A stretch of 64,000 bases of DNA, from assembly GCF_009914755.1 (NCBI RefSeq), contig NC_060939.1; one strand, 5' to 3'. The translations under genes were made by a program, and so were the position numbers. Of this stretch, positions 56,750 through 64,000 are shown piece by piece (position 1 is the stretch's first letter; every line of letters begins with the position of its first letter). This DNA is from the human T2T-CHM13v2.0 reference genome, Homo sapiens. The notes beneath the pieces are model-generated. The model was not told the origin of the DNA, did not search any database, and saw nothing but the letters and a program-made list of their open reading frames with translations.

Positions 56750-57730
56750 CCTTAGAGTAGAACATGAGACTGTAACCCAAGAGTAACAGTACAGAAGTCA
56801 AAGACTTTCTCTCTCAAAAAGACAACTTTCTCCCACCTTGCCTTTCCTCTCTATCTCTTCCCTGACCTACTCGCATCTCTCTTTCTCTAAACTACCTATA
56901 AATTCCCTATACCCTTTCCCCTGCCAGATACCTGGTCATACAGAGATATCAAAAGAGAGAAACTTCGCAGTGTCCTTCCTTCTTCCTTTCACTTGGGAAG
57001 ATCTGCCTTTTAAACTGGGATGAAGCCTCAAATGTGGCCTGCTAGGCTGTAGCCTGCAGATTTCTGGAGCCTGACTCTCGCCACGGAGGCAGTCATATGT
57101 AGCTATCAACCCAGTACCTCTGCATTAAAGGCTACCTTGGTCTGGGCAAAACTAAGAGGCTGCTGCTGCCCTACTGCTTTTCATTCTGTACAACCTCAAC
57201 AGTGGCAACATGGTCAGAGGTTCATGTGTACTCCTGGAGCCCCCCTTATCTCCTCATCCAAAGGCCTAGGTGCCCAATCCAAAGACAGGGGACCAAAGTT
57301 TCAGCAGGGTAGGACATGGAGGCTCAGAGGCCCGAGAGAAGCAGATCCATGCAGTGTCCTACGATGACAGTTTCAGAGGCTAAGTATGTTTATTCAAACA
57401 TCAGCATGGTTCTTTCTTTTGGCCAATGTGTTATTGATTTTAAAGTAGCTGTATGTAGTTATGTAATACTCAGACACGGATTTTACCTGTCATTAAGATA
57501 CATGAGTGCTCTTATAATATACTTTAAGCTATTTGTACAAAAGGCAATATCTGAGTAATAAACTACTTCTGCAAGAGAGCCCTCACTTCTATTACTGGAA
57601 ATAACTTGGACCTTGGGTAATTTTCAAATTCAGTTCATAAATCTCTCCATATTCTAATTCCACAGCTTATATTTTTCCTCTGTTAGGCGTCCCCTAAACT
57701 TGGCAGGCCAGAGTGCAACTCAAAGAATAA

Positions 57731-58090
<360 letters not shown>

Positions 58091-60322
58091 GAAATGCTTA
58101 ATTCTTTACAGTGGCTGCCTGCAAAGAGAACTGGGAGGGACGGGAGTTAGGAGTAGGAGCTAGACTCATCACTGTATACTGTAAACCTTTAATTTTTGTT
58201 ACATGTTCATGTATTATTTACCTATTCGAAGAGATTTTTTGAAATTTAATAATTTTATGCTGTGTATCGCAATTAAAACTTTGAAAAAAAAATTAATGCC
58301 CCAATTAGAATGGATAAAATTATGAAAAAGTCAAAATAGTAGGAAGAAAACTGAACTAGTGGTCAGAAAACTTGTCTTTCATTCCTGGCTCTGCCTACCT
58401 GTATGACCTTAGACAAATTAATCAGGTTCACAATTGACTAAGAGTTTACAATCAGGTTTCAGGCTAATTATAATAAGCCAGAAGGACTTTTGCTCATATT
58501 ATAAACAATGAAGAATTTAGTCAACTAACAAGAGAGTTCATTATGTTCCGCTGCTTATATTTTAAGGAACTTAGAAACATACAAATTGACACAACGAGAA
58601 AAACAATTCATTTTTGTTTACCCAAAGTAGACTGCTCGCATATTAACATTGCTCAAAAAACTTAGATGATATTTTATATACCTATGGCTTTTAAAAAAAT
58701 TCTGTTCTGCCTGGTTCAATGTTTATTAAAATTCCATCCACATGCACTCACTGTACAACTATTCTTCTCATAGAAAAGAATTACATAAATCTTTTCGTGC
58801 TTGCTAGATTTTTCTCCCCAGGATTCAGGGCATGGAAATGTCATCCCTATTAAGAAGGATTTATGCCTTTAGCAGGTAGTTGCTGAAACTGGCTCTAGCA
58901 TCTATGGTTTTATTGATGCCACAAAACTCTAGACTAGGAAAGAATAAATAAAATTCACCTCCTCAGCTGATTCTTATGGAACTTCAGGGATGCAGAAAGG
59001 GGCAGCTGTTAAGTGATGTAAAATAAATTATTCTGGAAGGCACAATTAGTATGTTAAACTGTGGTCCTAAAAACATCTGATTCAGTTTTAGTACTCTAGT
59101 AAGTTGACACCAGTGGATGCATGGATAAAAATGAAAATATCATGAAAAAATCTGGCGGTGCTGGTCATTAGCATAGATTCTTCCAGAAAGTGTCAGAAAC
59201 AAAACTATAGCCTCTAGAATAAAGATTTTAAATTGGAAATTCTTAAGCCTTGGGATGATTTTTTTTAACAATAAGAAGTTAAAAAAACTTGAAATATATG
59301 AAATTATTTGCCACCTCTTTACAAATCTGAGGGCACACTTAACTTTAGAAGCATAAAATGCATCTCTCATAGCAATTTTGACTTACATGAAACATTTAGA
59401 GAATTCAAAACCTAGGCAAAGAGGGAAATTTCAGTATGGGGGAAGGGGAAAAGTTGCTTTTTAAAAAGTATTTTTTTCCTTTTTTCTGATTTTTTCCCTT
59501 CTCCATTATTTACCAGGCAATATGACAAGCATATGAATTTGGAAATAAGGCATGGATATGAATCCTACTTCTACTATTTACTGTGTGGTTTTATACAAGC
59601 TATGCCTTCTCTGTACCTCAGTTTCTACATTTACGCAGTAGGTATAACAATATTTACCTTGCAAAATTTTCCTAAGGGTTAGTAATAGATAACATTTACT
59701 AAGTGCTAAATATGTGCAAGGTAATATTTTAGGTACTTACAATGTTTCTTTAATCCTCACAACAATCAAAGTATGCCTTCTACACACAATAGAAATAAAC
59801 ATATATCTTCTTTATTGTATTATCCTCTTTTACAGAAGATTTATTTTATTATTCTCTTTTACAGAACAAACTATAACTGAGAGAGATTAGGTAACTTATC
59901 CAAAGTCACATAGCTGGAACCAGAACTTGAAATCTAGGACTCTCTGATTCTAAAGTCTATACTCTTTCCATTAAGGCCAGAGGTCTTGATAACATGTAAA
60001 GAGTTGAGACATGGACAATGTTTTGATGCACAACTACTGGCTTACTGGATATGACACAAACTTGGGTCAAGTACAAAAAGATGATGTTTCATTCATATAT
60101 AGTTCTCTTTTGTCAGTAATCCTTTATTAAGTCCCTGGTTTAGACTGTGATTTTCACTGAAGTACGCTGAATAACTCAGGACTGAATAATTAATCATATG
60201 CCACTTACTAACTGTTCACAGCCCAGCCCTATAACTCCTTGAGGCATTGGTCACATAAAACAAATGGTAGACAGGTGGCTAGGCTCCATTATCTCTTCAC
60301 TGTTCCTCAAGCACATGTAGAC

Positions 60323-60494
60323 CAGGGGTTTTGAATCTCAGTATTATTGATATTTCCAGCTGGAGAATTCTTTGGTGTGTGGGTAGGTGGGAAAGAGGGG
60401 TGTCCTGTGCATCCCCTGCCTCTATCCACCAGATGCCTATAAGACTGCCAAATGTCCCCTGGGGGGCAAAATCACTTCCAATTGAGAACCACTG
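60323..60494 (-). mobile_element. MER20 (internally deleted)
   Basis: tgccaaatgtcccctggggggcaaaatcac...ttgagaaccactg end, plus gaattctttgg...tgtcctgtgca. Confidence 0.8.
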
Positions 60495-60530
60495 ACATAG
60501 GTCTAATTAGAACAGGAAAATTCTGGCTAA

Positions 60531-60848
<318 letters not shown>

Positions 60849-62071
60849 AGTCCTTACTTTTAAGTAAGGACTATAACAAAGATTTTCAATGAAAAAAAAA
60901 AGGAAAAAAAGCATTAAAAAGACTCAATCATTCTCTCTTGTCGGCAGTGAAAATATCCTCCCTCATATTCTGAGAAACTTCTCTAGATGATTTCAGCCCC
61001 TAATTACCTCTGCCTGTGTGCCATTTGTCCTTGTTGTCCTTACTATTCAAGTGGCCCTTCAGAGAACATGCTAGTATTAATACTCATCTCGAGTCAAAAT
61101 GCCATCCTCAACTATACTATAAACTCCTTGCAGACATGGACAATCGCTAATGGTTCTTCTACACCGCACAGCCTCCAGCATAGTGCTAAGTATACAGGAG
61201 AGATGCTGAAATATCCGCTGAATGTCTAATAGAACTGTCAGGCAGAGGCTGCAAGCATTAGCTATGTAAATAAGTTTTTATTTTACATTTTTATATACGA
61301 CTCAAATATTAAGAATTTCCATGACCACACCCCCCAACACGCCTAACAGACCTCCTAGATATTTTCTGTGTTCATATTTCAGTTTTTATTTCCTTAATGT
61401 AGCAATTATTTGGCATCATCTTAAGAAGTTTTTTCCATATTTAAAGTTTTCTTTACATCCCCTTCCCTGCACAAAATGTTTTTCCTGTATTATAAACATG
61501 TTCTTTTCCATCTGAGTAATAAGCATGACCAAACTTACTAAAACTAAGATACTTCAATTTGCATAGAGAAGTTGTACCTATTTTTGAATGATATTCTTAA
61601 ATCAAACCACACTGTTTGAATAAAAAATTCTTTTAAGAAAGAAATGATTTCACTAGCATCAGAGAAATAAACTTACACTTTGATATTACAATCCACTTCT
61701 TGGCAAACTGAAATAAAATGTTTTTTGAAATCACAAAATAATTACGAGAATCAATTTATTCTTTTTCACTAAACTGCTTGAAAAGGGCAAACTTTGAAAT
61801 CCATTATTAAAAATAGTACTTATTAAAGAAACAGGCCTAAGCACCGTACCTGGTTCTACCACCTGGCTTTAGATTCAGGAAAGTGAATCTGCTCTCCCTT
61901 GACACCTGGGACACCTGCTCACATATCAAGAATGGTTTCTACTAATATTTGAACATATAATGAACATGACCAGAAAATAATAATACTATTTTTTCTCTTT
62001 TTCTTGATTATAAATAATATATTCATTGTAGAAAATTTGGAAAAAAGAGAAAAGTATAAAGAAGAAAATTA

Positions 62072-62500
<429 letters not shown>

Positions 62501-63426
62501 TCAGAGTGAGTGCTATCCTCTCCAATGTTGTAAAGGAAAGCTTTATTCTAATTCCAATAATAGTTCCATTGTAAAGTCCTATCTCCAGAACCTTAAGCAC
62601 ACTCTTGAAAATCCTAAAAGGAATGTTCAGAATCAAATCAAAAATCGTTCAGAACCAGTACAAGACTTTACCATGAAAAAAAAAAATAAAGATGACTTAA
62701 GTGGTTCATACCCAGGTCTAAAAATAATTCCAAAGAAAGTACTAAAAAAGTTTTTTCAAGATGGCAAGATGGCAGAAGAGCAGTGCCTCCAGGGTAACTA
62801 ATTTGAAGAGATTTCCCATGATTCATTTGCTTACAGTTAATTTTAAGGGTGAACTTTTAAAACAAAGTCTCATCATTTTTCTCATACTCTTATTCCTTAT
62901 TTTTTTCCTCTTCCCCTTTTTCTCTTACAAGACAATCTCCTCCATCAAATTATGCCTTCTATACACACATACACCCACACACACAGATAGAGATCAACAC
63001 ATATTTATTTAATTTTTGACCACAACATTCACATTTAGACAACTGTCAGAGTATCCATTTTTTTGGCTCTACAATATTAGGTCCTGGGTTAAAAAGAGAA
63101 GCAAGTAAGTCTGACTCAAGGAACTCAATTTCATAGAAAGTAATGTTAATATAATTCTACATTATCCTAGAGTTCTACCCATCCTAGAGGTTAGGAAACT
63201 GGGGTCCAGAAACATGAAGCCATTTTCCAAGAGAACACGGGTAAAGACAGACCTGATTAGAACTGTCTTCATTAACGATTCTCCTCTAACAAATTTGATA
63301 TTGTTTTATTTTCTGTAACATTAGAGTCAAATTTGTATTTAATCATCATTTAGTTTAGAAAAACAATTTTATTTAAGGCATTAGCCATCTGCTTTCTCAG
63401 GAGAGCAGCCCAAGTATCACAGATAG

Positions 63427-63743
<317 letters not shown>

Positions 63744-64000
63744 AGGTACACATTTCTTAGCCACTGCTCTGTACAGCAGGTGCAAATGATTCCTTGAATT
63801 GGAATCTGAGATTTCTGCCATGGAATCCTGTTACAAGTAACAAGGGGGATACATGTTAATAAATGATCAATTCTTTACATTTATAATGGGAAAACAGAAA
63901 ACTACAACAGAAAGAATTATTGTTTCTACTATTAAGATTCCACTAATCCTCCTCCATCTGCATTACTGGGGATTGAACTATAATAGATAGATTGAAAATA

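Noticed and set aside
57000-57420. GC-richer island in AT-rich AAGAB intron 5 (possible pseudogene or cryptic exon)
   Set aside because: No recognisable protein, poly(A) tail/TSD or convincing splice pair; probably an old repeat that I cannot identify without Dfam/BLAST.

Overview
Human (primate) genomic DNA from the SMAD3-AAGAB locus (15q22-q23, placed from recognition of the proteins). The + strand holds the distal part of SMAD3 intron 1, coding exons 2-9 (10786-36440) and a ~4.6 kb 3'UTR ending near 41075. All splice sites are GT-AG, and the exons join in frame from the MH1 domain through the PPxY linker and MH2 domain to the C-terminal SSVS. After ~5.8 kb of intergenic DNA, the last five coding exons of AAGAB (p34) and its 3'UTR lie on the - strand, convergent with SMAD3. 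The rest is Alu, L1, L2, MIR, MLT1 and MER5/MER20 repeats. Almost all entries in the ORF track are spurious (Alu-derived, antisense shadow or intron read-through). I found no new protein-coding system. The best leads are non-coding. (1) SMAD3 exons 2-8 total 948 nt with matching phase-2 ends and are bracketed by oppositely oriented Alus, so a back-spliced circle would be a stop-free ORF with a strong-Kozak AUG. (2) A ~400-bp direct duplication in intron 5 keeps an AP-1 site in both copies and has small tandem repeats beside it. (3) A duplicated 3'UTR segment carries a miR-23 seed match in each copy, downstream of a candidate proximal poly(A) site. (4) A (TAAA)10 array of poly(A) signals sits just upstream of exon 6. 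(5) A perfect 56-bp A14(TA)14T14 palindrome lies in intron 6. Repeat subfamily calls and repeat boundaries were made by eye and are approximate.
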